Counted from the whole stretch's first letter, positions 30,421 through 41,679 are shown. The stretch is 61,333 nucleotides of DNA, filler included, from 7 parts of 7 records of this genome joined end to end with filler, not necessarily neighbours in it; one strand, 5' to 3'. A program made the numbers and translations. Notes: generated by a model from the sequence alone, not told the origin.

Positions 30421-32728
30421 ATGAAGCAGAAAATACTTGTCTGCCTTTTGGGCCTGGCGGCCCTGGGGCTTTTAATGATCGGTCCGGCAGCCGCCGGGGA
30501 CACCCCTTTGCCAACCTATCTATTTGATATCCGGGCCCAGCCCCTTGGGTCGGCCCTGGTCCGGTTTGACGCCATTGCAGGGACCCGGACCGCCTATTCA
30601 AACCGCCTGGTTAAAGGCAAAACCGCCTCCCCGGTCAAGGGTGAGATGACCATTGACAAGGCCATGGCCCGGCTTCTTGAAAAAACAGGGCTCGACTATG
30701 TCCGGTCCGGCAGGGCCACCATTGTGCTCAAGGCCCGCCCCAAAGAGAAACCCCTGTCACAGGCCCCGGCATCCGGACAAACCTCCCCGGCTTCCGAGAC
30801 AGCCGGCCAGGAGCCCTCTTTGGAAAACTCCCAGGAGAAATCCCTGGTAAAAATGGTGGTGACCGCCACGCGGTCCAAAGCGGATATCCTTGAGGTCCCT
30901 GCGGCCGTCAACGTGGTGGACAGGGACCAGATCCGGCTCAAGGCCAATACCGATAATATCTACGATGCCATGCGGAATATTCCCGGGGTATATACGGAAC
31001 AGGGGGAAGCATGGGATGGCCCACTTTCAGGCTCAGGGGAAAATCTCCCTCCATGCTCTTCAACGGTGTGGATATGAACCCCTATTGCTCGGATCTGCCC
31101 TTTAATTCCATGAACACCAGCATGGGCTCTGTGGAGCGGATCGAGGTGGTAAAAGGACCCCAGGCCGCCATTTACGGGGCCAAGGCCGTTTCCGGGGTTG
31201 TCAATATCATTCCCCGTAAAGGATCCAAGGATGATCCGTTTTTGGAGGCCTATTCCATGATGGGGTCCGGGGACAAGCTTTCCACTGGAGTTTCCCTGGG
31301 CGGGGGCAAGGATAAGTTCTCCTGGTTCCTGGATGTCTCCAGGATGCAGCAGGACAGCTATGAAACCCCAAAAGGAACCATCCCCCTTGACGAGTTCGAC
31401 CGGACCAATTCCTATGGCCGCCTGGACTATGAGATCACTCCGGACCAGAGCCTGAGCCTGGAGCTGACCATGAACGATGCCTCCTCCATCGTGGGGGCTG
31501 GCTATTACCTTAAAGACAATTGGGAAACCAAAATTTACCGCCAGGAGCCTAAGTTCAACGGGGCCTTTATCACCTATGAGGGCAAGGTATGGGACCGGCT
31601 TTCCCTTTACGGCAATATCGGAAAAATCCGCAGTGATATCTGTTTTAATTATGGGGGATCCACCCCGCCCTCAGACCCGGTCTCTTTTTTTGAAAAGCCC
31701 ACTACCACAGCCTATAAGGAGGATATATGGACCGGAAACCTCAGGGCAAGTTTGGCCCTGTTATCAGACGACCGGCTGAAACTGACCGGGGGGATCCAGT
31801 ATAAGGACACCGACCTGGACGGCCGTTCCGAAAAGTTTAAAAACGGGGTGAAGTCCGATTTTTTCAAATGGGATAAGAATGAGACCTACCATGCCTATTA
31901 TGCCCAGGCGGAGTTCAAGCCCGTTGACCATGCCATGGTCATCGCAGGATTCCGCCGGGATGAATATGATTCAACAGACAGGGATATGAGCCATACAAGC
32001 CCCAACCTGGCCCTTTCCCTTTATCCATTCGCCCATACCTCTTTCGACTGGACCACCCTCTGGGCCTCCTATTCCGAAGCCTTCAGGGTCCCCACTGCTG
32101 CAGAACGCTACCTGCCGGGATGGCTGGGGGGAATCCCGATCTGGATCCTGAGACCTCCAAGGGGTGGGAAGCCGGGCTCAAGCAGAGAATCGGCCATATG
32201 GCCAGCTTTGAAATCAGCTATTTTGATACGGATTATGAAAGTCTCGTCTCCATGACCCGTCTGGGGCCGGGAAACTATAAATTCCTCAATATCGGCAGGG
32301 CGAACTTTTCAGGCATGGAAGCCCAGGTGGAGGTCCATCCTTTTTCCTGGCTCACCCTTTTTGTCAATTATACGGACATGGAACGGCGGGATGAAACCAA
32401 GAACCGGGACCTCATCGGTATTCCGGACCGGATGTGGAATTTCGGCCTTTTTGTCACGGACCTGTACAATTTTAATTTTTCCGTCAATGGGGAACTGCCC
32501 CTGGATTACAAGATCGGATATGACGGGGAAGAACATCCCTCCGAGGGCAAAATCGCCTGGAACTGCAAGGTATTGTACAATTGGGTCATCACTGACCGGA
32601 TCACGGCGGAACCCTATGCCGCCATAGAAAACCTGACCGATGAAACCCTCTACGGTGCAGGATACAACCCCGGCATCCGGGAAAAACGGTCCTGGCATAC
32701 CGGGCTTTCCTTCAGGATCGCCCTGTAA
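30421..32728 (+). CDS. TonB-dependent receptor with N-terminal signalling (STN) domain, split by two frameshifts
   Basis: Signal peptide; FDIRAQPLGSAL STN domain; VVTATRS; ERIEVVKGP.AAIYG..A.SGVVNII; GNPDLDPETS. Breaks at G5 (31002) and G6 (32126). Confidence 0.9.
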
Positions 32729-32763
32729 CCCGGATTTATCCCGGATAAATCCCGGATAAATCC
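32729..32763. repeat. Three 11-nt tandem units CCCGGATWWAT
   Basis: CCCGGATTTAT CCCGGATAAAT CCCGGATAAAT directly after the receptor stop codon. Confidence 0.8.
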
Positions 32764-32779
32764 TGTTTAACCCCATTAT

Positions 32780-32822
32780 GCATGCAGGGGCGGTATCCTT
32801 GTCTGATGCCGCCCCTGCATGC
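32780..32822. terminator. Strong hairpin between convergent genes
   Basis: GCATGCAGGGGCGGTATC / GATGCCGCCCCTGCATGC 18-bp stem with one G-U pair. Confidence 0.8.
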
Positions 32823-32836
32823 CTTTTCTTAGGGGT

Positions 32837-34229
32837 TTATTTTTTTTCATTTTCTTCTTTGAGGCCGTCAAAGAAGCCCGGTTCCGACTGAGAACCCGGT
32901 TTCCGGTCCCGCTGTTTCCATGACACCTTCTGCCAGATCTCCGGTGTGGAAAATTGGGTCCATCCCCACTTGAGAATGCCTGTGAGCCAGAAAGAGACCC
33001 AGAGGGCCCAGGCCAGCATGGCGATCCTGTAGGCCAGCATGGGAATGGAGATCACCCATGCCCGGGGCAGGATAGGGCCGCTGAGATCCTGGTACCATTT
33101 TAAAAGGCTGGAAAAGGAGCCGTTGCCACGGATATTCATGTCCGGATGGCCCAGAAGCCCGTTGGAAATGGCAAAGATAAGCGCGGCTGCGGCCCCTGCG
33201 GTTAAGGCCAGGATCCCGATCTGGACCAGGTTGAACCTGCCCCCTTTTAGGTGGCCGGCACGGCTGCGGAAGTTTAGGGCGATGAGCCAGACCACCACAA
33301 TGAGGCCGGCCCCCACATGGGTCATGGAGAGCCCCAAGCACAATAAAAACCAGTGGATGAATGTTAAGGGGGTCCATCCGGTTCTGGACAGGCCTGCGGC
33401 CACCAGAAGGACGATGATGAGCACGGACCAGAACAATACGGCCGGTCCCATGAGCTGCTCCCCGCCGATGAACAGGGGCCAGCGGTTTTTGGGCAGATGA
33501 AGGTCAATGGATGCATTGACGCTGGGGCTGCCCAGGTCCACATCCGGGGTTTGGTAGTTGACGGTCATGCCCCGGGGCTCCATCCAAATCAGGCGGATTT
33601 CCTGGACCCCGGGCACCAGGGGCAGGGTCACGGCCCGGCCATTCTGGCGGACGGGCCGTATCCTGCCGTTAATGCTGACCTCCTGGAGCCCGGCCCCCTG
33701 GGGCAGGGTCAGGGTGTGCTGGCCCCCCTGGCTGGATTTCATGGCCAGGGTCATCTGGGCCTTGGTGGCGCTCCGTCCCGGCCAGAGTTCCATCCGGCTT
33801 TTTTCAATGGTCAGGGTCTGTCCCGCTATGCCCTGGGGCCGTGACACCCTGAGGGTCACCTTTTCCCCGGGCCAGGGATGCCAGGTGGGATACCACCTTG
33901 TCCCTGTCTTGTGGAGGATCACCGGAATCCCTTCATAGTCCATGTGGAAGACGGGGCTGACATCCACCTTCCAGACTTCTGTCCATCCATGGGTCTTTTC
34001 GTGTTCCAGCCGGATCAGGTCCTGGTTCCCGGATGGGTCTGGCGCCAGAAAGGATTCCCAGGCCAGTTTTTTCTGGTTGGCCCCCAGGCTGATCCTGGCC
34101 CTGCGGTCCTTGACCCGGATTCCCCGGGTGATGATTGATTCATTGGGGAGCAAGGGGATCTCCATGGCCATGCCCGACCCTGTGGGGCCCAGGCGGACCA
34201 CCCGGGTCTTTACCTTCCAGACCAGTCCT
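32837..34229 (-). CDS. C-terminal part of a large hypothetical membrane protein, 5' truncated
   Basis: At least 454 aa; beta-rich soluble region, then several TM segments (GPAVLFW, GLLGHPDM, YRIAMLAWALW). Confidence 0.8.
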
Positions 34230-34329
34230 NNNNNNNNNNNNNNNNNNNNNNNNNNNNNNNNNNNNNNNNNNNNTTAATTAATTAANNNNNNNNNNNNNNN
34301 NNNNNNNNNNNNNNNNNNNNNNNNNNNNN
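34230..34329. other. Artificial contig spacer
   Basis: N44-TTAATTAATTAA-N44. Confidence 0.98.
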
Positions 34330-35252
34330 ATAGGTCCTGTAATTAAAAAAGCAAGTACCGAGGCGCTGCTGAAATGCAGCATAAAGGTACTCCCAATAAA
34401 TGCGTCAGCCTCTGAACACAAAGATAAAACAAAAGCCAAAGTCATCATTGTGATTACAGATATTACTCTGCCTCCGCCTACTGAATATAAAACATCTTTT
34501 GATATAAACATCTGCATAGATGCAGCGATTATTGCTCCGAATATAAGGTATGACCCAACGCTTTTAAGCTCCACATTTGTATGAGCTATAACTTCTTTTA
34601 TAGTTGCTTTTACAGTTCTTTTTTTCGTGCTATGATGGTGAGTATGGCAGGATGCTCCGTCATGATGGTGATCGTGACCACAGCTGCATGATGCGGTACT
34701 GTTGTGTTTGAGCACATTTTTGGAACTTAAATCCACTAAAAAGCCAATAATTATAGCTCCCGCAAAGCCAAACAAACCACGATATATAACCATCGAAGAC
34801 ATAGTCGGAAAAGCATTATATGTGGATAGCAAAACCACCGGATTAACAATAGGCGTAGCTATCATAAATGATATTGCAGGACCTATAGGCATACCCTTTT
34901 TTATTAAACCTCTGGTGATTGGAATAATAGCACATTCACATACCGGGAAAATCAGCCCCAGACATGATGCGAAAATAAGTCTCATAAAATTATTCTTAGG
35001 AAGAATTCTTAATATAGTATCCTCTGTAACAAATACCTGTATTAATGAAGAAATTATGGTACCTAATAATACAAAGGGAAGTGCTTCCAAAAGTATTGAC
35101 CATAAAATTAATGTAAAGCCTTTTACTTTAGTTTCAAGAGCTGTTTCTACACTTCCGGTTGCCATAGTATAATTAAGCCAAAAAATTATCGCCAAGATAA
35201 ATAAAACAATAATGATCCGCTTAACATTTAGTAGTGAATTTTTTTCAGACAA
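34330..35252 (-). CDS. DUF318/YcgR-type permease with Cys/His-rich loop, 3' truncated
   Basis: LEALPF, FPVCECAIIP, P.VNP, LSLCSEADAF; loop CSCGHDHHHDGASCHTHHH. Confidence 0.85.
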
Positions 35253-36096
35253 TGTCTTCCTCCAAGTGTCTTTTTCTAGTGTGTATTTTATGTTGAATAG
35301 TATTCTTTACTAATAATATCATAAGATAGACAATAGTTGTAATAATAATTATGCAAACCCCTGATGGAATATTGACATAATATGAAATTACTAACCCTGA
35401 AATACAGAAAAACATACTAATAAAAACGGATGCAATGACTACCTTTCCAAAAGACTTGAAAAATAGCTTTGCAATAGACGTTGGTGTCGTCATCAGCGCA
35501 ATCGTTAAAATGATTCCCACAATTCTAATAAGAACAATAATTCCTATTGGAATAATTAAATATACTAATATTCTTATTATTTTTACGTTTATTTTTCTAG
35601 CTTGTGCATACTCTTCATCAAATAAATAAACTATCCAATAATTATAAAGCATTAAAAACACCATAAGTATTGTTGCTGTAAATATTGACATGTACATTAT
35701 TGCACTTTTTGATATGGACAAAATATCGCCAAATAAATAGCTTGTCATATCAGGCATGTATCCCGGTGCAAGTGAAATAAACAGTATTCCAAGCGCCATG
35801 CCAAAAGACCATAAAATGCCTGTTAACGTATCTGCCTTTATTTTTTTGCTTATGGATAATTTTGATATCAAAAACGAAGAACTTACAGCAAATGCCAACC
35901 CACCCCAGATAGGCTCAAACCCCAGCAAATAGCCAAGACCTATGCCTCCAAACGATGCGTGTGCAATGCCTCCCGACATGCTGATAAGTTTCTTTTCTAT
36001 TGCAATAGTACCAATTATACCGGTTACTATGCTGGCTAAAACTGCCGCAATTACGGCGTTTTTCATAAATGTATAGTTAAGTATTGTCGCTATCAT
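35245..36096 (-). CDS. znuB: Zn ABC transporter permease
   Basis: IAHASFGG, YLFGDIL, FDEEYA, VGIIL..ALM, PSG..I. Confidence 0.88.
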   Translation of the reverse strand: MIATILNYTFMKNAVIAAVLASIVTGIIGTIAIEKKLISMSGGIAHASFGGIGLGYLLGFEPIWGGLAFAVSSSFLISKLSISKKIKADTLTGILWSFGMALGILFISLAPGYMPDMTSYLFGDILSISKSAIMYMSIFTATILMVFLMLYNYWIVYLFDEEYAQARKINVKIIRILVYLIIPIGIIVLIRIVGIILTIALMTTPTSIAKLFFKSFGKVVIASVFISMFFCISGLVISYYVNIPSGVCIIIITTIVYLMILLVKNTIQHKIHTRKRHLEEDIV

Positions 36097-36778
36097 AAAA
36101 CCATACCCTGTTTTAAATTTTCTTTTAAATGCTTTGGATTTTTGAAATGCTGTGCTGTTTTATTTACATATACTGCACTGTCTGCAATATCCAAAACATG
36201 GCTTATATTGTGGCTTACCACTATAATTGTCTTTATTTTTTTTAATTCATTAAGCAGAATGAAAAGGTCTTCTAATGCTTCGGAATCCATATTACTATCC
36301 GGTTCATCCAAAACTATTATATCCGCATCGGAAGCCAGTGCCCTTGCGATTATTACACGCTTTATCTGCCCTCCGGATAATTGGTTTATACCTCTATTTC
36401 CAAACCCATTAAGACCTACTTTTTTTATAGCTTCTTTTGCCTTGTCCTTTTGGTCTTTTGAATACCTAAAAAAGGTCTCATTTGTTTATCAAGAGTACCT
36501 GTTAAAACAACTTCTTTTACAGTTATGGGAAACGTATCATCAAAACCAAATCTCTGGGCTACATAGCCGATAGCTGCATCATCTTCAACTTCTATGCTTC
36601 CGCTATCCGGCTTGATAAACCCAGTAAGCAGCTTTATCAAGGTGCTTTTTCCGCCTCCGTTAGGGCCTACAATAGCTGTAAGTTCCCCTTTGGGAGCAGA
36701 AAAATGCACCTGATTAACTGCACAAACGTCTCCATAACAATATCTTATATTATTAAATGTTACGGCGTTTTTCATCAT
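36093..36778 (-). CDS. znuC: Zn ABC transporter ATPase, one frameshift
   Basis: GPNGGGKST, then after the T6 run (36468-36473) LSGGQIKRVIIARAL, LDEP, VSH. Confidence 0.88.
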
Positions 36779-36787
36779 GTTCTATTC

Positions 36788-37660
36788 TCAATTACCTGCC
36801 AATGCATTTGCAAAATTCTTAAGTCCTTGAATATAATCTGCTGTAAGCGGAGCAGTTTTCGTTACTGTACCACCGATTTCTTCTGCTACCGTCTGAGCTT
36901 GAGTGTCATCAAATTCATCTTGATAGAATATTGTTGTGATTCCTTGTTCTATTGCTTGTTCGACAGCTTCCTCAATCCCACCTGCTGTTGCAGCTTTTCC
37001 ATCTGACTCTATCGAAATCATCTCTAGACCATAGTCGTCTGCAAAATAGCCATATGCAGCATGATATAACATAAAGGATTTATTGTCGATACCGGCGATA
37101 ATTTCCTTTATTTCTTCATCAGTCGCATTTAGCTCTTCTATGTAAGCTTCTGCATTTGCCTGATAAAGATCTGCGTTTTCTTCATCCAGCTTAGATAGCT
37201 CGTCTGCGATGGTCTGAACCATTACAATAGCACGCTTTGGCGACAGCCAAATATGCGGGTCAACTGTGCTTGAATCAGTTCCCATGTATCTTAAAGGATA
37301 CTGTTCACTAACTGCATCGCGCAGATTAATCAGCGTAATATCTTCATTAAAATCATAAATTTTCGGTAAGATATTTGCCGTTTCTGTTGGTACCTGCATT
37401 ACAAAATACAAGTCTGCATCTGATAACGCCTGCATCTCGGTTGTAGTAGGTTCATAATTGGCTGGACTGTTTCCCGGCGGAACAACTACAATTACGTCAA
37501 CCAAGTCTCCTGCTACAGCCTCAACAAAAGTCGAGGCAGGGACTATGCTGACAGCTACTGTTATTTTACTATCGTCACTACTCTGTTCTTCGCTTGTATT
37601 GCATGCTGCAAGTGCAAATATCATAGCTATGGATAAAACCAATAAAATTACTTTTTTCAT
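36788..37660 (-). CDS. znuA: Cluster A-I metal-binding lipoprotein
   Basis: Lipobox LAAC; PPGNSPANYEP, DPHIWLSP, YHAAYGYF. Confidence 0.88.
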   Translation of the reverse strand: MKKVILLVLSIAMIFALAACNTSEEQSSDDSKITVAVSIVPASTFVEAVAGDLVDVIVVVPPGNSPANYEPTTTEMQALSDADLYFVMQVPTETANILPKIYDFNEDITLINLRDAVSEQYPLRYMGTDSSTVDPHIWLSPKRAIVMVQTIADELSKLDEENADLYQANAEAYIEELNATDEEIKEIIAGIDNKSFMLYHAAYGYFADDYGLEMISIESDGKAATAGGIEEAVEQAIEQGITTIFYQDEFDDTQAQTVAEEIGGTVTKTAPLTADYIQGLKNFANALAGN

Positions 37661-37670
37661 ATTAAATCTC

Positions 37671-37695
37671 CTTATTGCAAATAATTCGCAATAAG
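37671..37695. promoter_or_regulatory. Putative Zur operator
   Basis: CTTATTGCAA-ATAAT-TCGCAATAAG (10-5-10, one mismatch) between the -10 element and the RBS of znuA. Confidence 0.8.
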
Positions 37696-37722
37696 TATAT
37701 CACAGCAATTATATTCAGTCAA
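37694..37722 (-). promoter_or_regulatory. Sigma-A-type promoter of znuA
   Basis: Minus strand TTGACT-N17-TATACT. Confidence 0.75.
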
Positions 37723-37740
37723 CTAAATTTTTATATATCT

Positions 37741-38166
37741 CTATTCCTCCTGCTTAGCACAATGTTTACATTTCCCGTAAACTTCAAGCGTATGGTAGGA
37801 TTCTTCAAATTCATGTTCCCTTGTAAGATCATTAAATCTATTTTTATTACATGAAATAGAAATCATCTTCCCGCATTCAAGACATATTAGGTGATGATGA
37901 TGATCTTGTTGGCATCTCATTACATATTTTGCAGCTCCGCTATCATCTATCATATACTCCAATATTCCAAGATCTAAAAAATTTTGAATATTCCTGTATA
38001 TAGTTGCATTATTTATCTTTTCATCTTCAGGCAGCATTTCCTCAATTTGATTTACGGTCAACATCTTGTCATTATTTTTTGCCAAGATATCTAACACAAC
38101 TTTTTTTTGTCTGGTTATCCTTTGCCCTTTTTCTTTCAGCAATTTATATATTTCTTCTAAATTCAT
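37741..38166 (-). CDS. zur: Fur-family regulator, probably Zur
   Basis: RITRQK, ATIYRN, HHHHLICLECG, YGKCKHC; directly upstream of znuACB. Confidence 0.85.
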   Translation of the reverse strand: MNLEEIYKLLKEKGQRITRQKKVVLDILAKNNDKMLTVNQIEEMLPEDEKINNATIYRNIQNFLDLGILEYMIDDSGAAKYVMRCQQDHHHHLICLECGKMISISCNKNRFNDLTREHEFEESYHTLEVYGKCKHCAKQEE

Positions 38167-38361
38167 ACCCTTATCCTCTGAAGCAATTCGATCTTAACAA
38201 GTAGTTATAGATATTTTACCACGATTTTAAAAATTTTGCGCATGAAATTTGTAAATTTTAAAACCAACAGCAAAGGGACTATTCTCACAATTTAAAACAG
38301 TCCCTTGGAAATTAAAGATAAAATTTTAGCATAGAGTTATTGTAAAGCATAAATCTTTATA

Positions 38362-39337
38362 CTAATTCACTTTTAATATTTTCACCCCATAGCCTTCTAT
38401 CATAACAGTATCACTTATGCCATTACCGCTTAAAACATCCTCAAACTTTTGCCTATTTAAGTTAATTTTCTTTTCTTCTTTTGTGAAGTTCATAATAAAA
38501 ACAAACTTATTCTTATCATCATATCTGGTCTGCACTGAAACACCTTCAGGAATATCGGCTCCTATAATTGTTTTTATATTCTCCTGCTTTATTAAATAAT
38601 CATAAAAATCCTTTTCAAATTCAAAATTATTTCTGAAAGCGATATAATAAGCCTTTCCTTTTCCTAATTCATTTACAGTCAATGCAGCACGGTCAGCATA
38701 AAAGTCCTCTTGATAATACCCAATTGCTCTCGCTGATTCAGGGTGTATTAAGTCACATATTTCCTTAGCCTCATATGTTTTGTCTTTTCCATCCAGTGTT
38801 ACCTTTATATGATTTCTATCCTCAGGATATAATCCATCGGTTTCCTCCGACCATATGCCCAGCACCTTGCGCAATGGTCCGGGAAATCCCTAGGAAGCAT
38901 AAATCAGTTTCATTTACAATGCCGGAAAAATATGTAGCTACAAACACGCCACCTGCTTCAACAAAGCTTTCAATCCGCTCTGCAACGCCGGGCTTTACCA
39001 TATAGAGCATAGGCGCAATAACAACCTTATACTTATCTATTGGCTGCTGCATATCAATAACGTCAACCGGTATTCCCTTCTCCCATAAAGGTCTGTAATG
39101 ACATATAACCGTTTCGAAATAATTCTTAGCACTGTTGTTAACGCCTTTTGCTTCTTCTATAGCCCAGAAATTCTCCCAGTCATAAATAATAGCTGTCTCC
39201 GGCTTTACCGTAGTTCCTACAACTCCATCCAGTTTATCCAAAGCGTAACCTAATTGGGATACATCTTTAAACACTCTGGTGTTTTCATGTCCGCAGTGGT
39301 CTATTACAGCACCATGGAACTTTTCAAAAGAACCTCT
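38362..39337 (-). CDS. GH42 beta-galactosidase, 5' truncated, one frameshift
   Basis: EKFHGAVIDH.G.ENTRVF, AIIYDWEN.WA, YKVVIAPMLYM, SGIVNE.DLC.LG/FPGPLR.VLGIW.EE; break near 38890. Confidence 0.9.
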
Positions 39338-39437
39338 NNNNNNNNNNNNNNNNNNNNNNNNNNNNNNNNNNNNNNNNNNNNTTAATTAATTAANNNNNNN
39401 NNNNNNNNNNNNNNNNNNNNNNNNNNNNNNNNNNNNN
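39338..39437. other. Artificial contig spacer
   Basis: N44-TTAATTAATTAA-N44. Confidence 0.98.
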
Positions 39438-39543
39438 GTCATTCCCGCATGTTCCTGGCGGGAATCCGTACTGTTCCCTAACAATCCCATTAAATCTATA
39501 CAGCCCCGCCCCTATATTCCCGATACGAGCATTCGGGAATGAC
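39438..39543. repeat. REP-like palindromic element GTCATTCCCG...CGGGAATGAC
   Basis: Two ATTCCCG-Nx-CGGGAAT hairpins with inverted GTCAT/ATGAC termini. Confidence 0.75.
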
Positions 39544-39887
39544 ATCCCCCTTTGGGGCATGTATTCTCTTTGCAGAAAAGCAATGGCATGGTTCTGTAAT
39601 ACAACACTCTCAAATCCTCAGCATACTGCATTAATCCAAATTCCTTTTCACATCCGGATTAACACACCGTCTAATTTGAAACTAACAGTTATTATCTGGA
39701 ATCTGGTTATAATTATTTTAGTTTATAAACAAGGCTCACTCATGGTAACAGCTCATACAATAAATCAGGAAAAAAACCCAACGCACCTTTTTCACTGAAA
39801 AACAACAAAAGTTAAATGACATGCCAAATCAGATTTATTATATTAACCTGACTATCTTTAAATTCATTATATAATTCGGAGAATGTA

Positions 39888-41504
39888 ATGCACAAAACAT
39901 ACCTTTTATTAATCAAAATTAGCTTAACCATCCTGTTATTAACCACAACATCTGCCATATCAAAGCAATATTCCATTATCGATTACGGCGCAAAGGGAGA
40001 TGGTGAAACCCTAAACACAAGGGCCATCCAATCTGCCATAGATGCGGCTGCTTTTGCAGGAGGCGGAACCGTACATATCCCGGCAGGAACCTTTCTGACG
40101 GGTACGATCACGTTTAAAAGCCATATCACCCTGCTTTTGGATGCGGGTGCTGTTTTGCTCGGTAGTACAAACCTGGTAGATTATCCGAATCATATCCCTG
40201 ACTACCGCTCCTACACAGATAATTATACGGAACGGAGCCTGATCTATGCTGAAAAATGTCAAAACATTGCTATTCTGGGACGTGGAGAAATAAACGGACA
40301 GGGTGGTAAATTCCCGGTAAAACGACATCCCTATAAAATCCGGCCCTATCTCATGCGCTTTATAGAATGCGATAATATCATCATCCGGGATATCACCATT
40401 AAAAACTCGCCCATGTGGGTGCAGCATTATCTGGCCTGCAGCAATCTGATAATTGATGGAATTACAGTGGACAGCCATCATGCCAATCTTAACAATGACG
40501 GCATAGACATTGACAGTTGCGATAAAGTGCGTATCACGAATTCTTTCATCTTTTCAGAAGATGACGCCATTGTGCTCAAATCCACTTCAAATCGCCCCTG
40601 TAAAAATGTAACGGTAATGAATTGTATATTGAGTAGTAACGAAAGCAATGCATTCAAGTGCGGCACAGAATCCAATGGCGGTTTTCAGAATATCACCGTA
40701 TCCAATTGCACCATTTATGACACGAGGAAATCCGGCATTGCCCTGGAAATGGTGGATGGCGGCGTGTTTGACGGGGTGACAGTTTCAAATATTGTTATGG
40801 ATAACACCAACAACCCCATTTTCATCCGATTGGGAAACCGCGCCAGACCTTTTAAAGAAGGCATGGAAAAACCGGGTATGGGATCCATGAAAAATATAAT
40901 CATCAGCAATGTGATAGCGACAAACACAGGAAAGTATAACAAACCGGATCTACTGGGTTTTCAACGCAAAAGTGCTTCGCCTTTAATTGGCAGCAGCATC
41001 CTGGGTTTACCCGGATACGATATTGAGAATGTGACCCTGGAAAACATCCGAATTGAATGGCCGGGCGGAGGATCTTTGCAAGATGCGAAAATAGATCCAC
41101 CTGAAAATCCGGACAACTACCCGGAATACAGTAATTTTGGCATGACGCCTTCCTATGGATTCTTTTGCCGCCATGTTAAAAATCTAAAAATGTACAATCT
41201 GCACATGACTTTTGATCAAACAGACCATAGGCCAGCGCTGGTTTTCGATGACGTGAAAGATCTAAACATTTCAGGTCTGAATGCACAAAGTTCAGATAAA
41301 ACGATTGAATTAATCCGGCTAAAAAATGTAAAAGACGCATTGATATCTCAAAACAATCCCCCCAAAGGGGCACAGGCATTCGTCAAAGTGGAGGGAGAAA
41401 CCTCAAAAAACATTGCTATCATGAATAATAAATGGGATTCCTCCCACATTGTAAAAAAATCTAATAATGTAAAAGAATCAGCTATTTCTGTAAGAAATAA
41501 TTAG
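39888..41504 (+). CDS. Secreted GH28-like pectin-lyase-fold glycoside hydrolase (paralog 1)
   Basis: Signal peptide; DYGAKGDG, NNDGIDID, EDDAIVLKS, GTESNGGF. Confidence 0.88.
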   Translation: MHKTYLLLIKISLTILLLTTTSAISKQYSIIDYGAKGDGETLNTRAIQSAIDAAAFAGGGTVHIPAGTFLTGTITFKSHITLLLDAGAVLLGSTNLVDYPNHIPDYRSYTDNYTERSLIYAEKCQNIAILGRGEINGQGGKFPVKRHPYKIRPYLMRFIECDNIIIRDITIKNSPMWVQHYLACSNLIIDGITVDSHHANLNNDGIDIDSCDKVRITNSFIFSEDDAIVLKSTSNRPCKNVTVMNCILSSNESNAFKCGTESNGGFQNITVSNCTIYDTRKSGIALEMVDGGVFDGVTVSNIVMDNTNNPIFIRLGNRARPFKEGMEKPGMGSMKNIIISNVIATNTGKYNKPDLLGFQRKSASPLIGSSILGLPGYDIENVTLENIRIEWPGGGSLQDAKIDPPENPDNYPEYSNFGMTPSYGFFCRHVKNLKMYNLHMTFDQTDHRPALVFDDVKDLNISGLNAQSSDKTIELIRLKNVKDALISQNNPPKGAQAFVKVEGETSKNIAIMNNKWDSSHIVKKSNNVKESAISVRNN

Positions 41505-41520
41505 TCAATTCAAAAAATCA

Positions 41521-41540
41521 GCCCGGGATTCTTCCCGGGC
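41521..41540 (+). terminator. 3' hairpin of GH28 paralog 1
   Basis: GCCCGGGA-TTCT-TCCCGGGC; no T tract. Confidence 0.55.
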
Positions 41541-41679
41541 GGCACAATAAATTTATTATTCAGGAACATTGGTTTTTATATTAATATGTTCCAATCAGGA
41601 ATCTTGAAAATGTGCTAAAGCAACTCTATCCGGCACAACTCTTTGCACCTGGCATATTTATATTTTTTCTTCCCAATAA

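Noticed and set aside
36468-38895. znuC and GH42 frameshifts as pseudogenes or programmed frameshifts
   Set aside because: Both occur at homopolymers and are repaired by adding bases, with intact motifs on both sides; typical long-read deletion error.
41631-41647. Second sigma-54-like site CGGCACAACTCTTTGCA
   Set aside because: GG-to-GC spacing is 11 nt, not the required 10.
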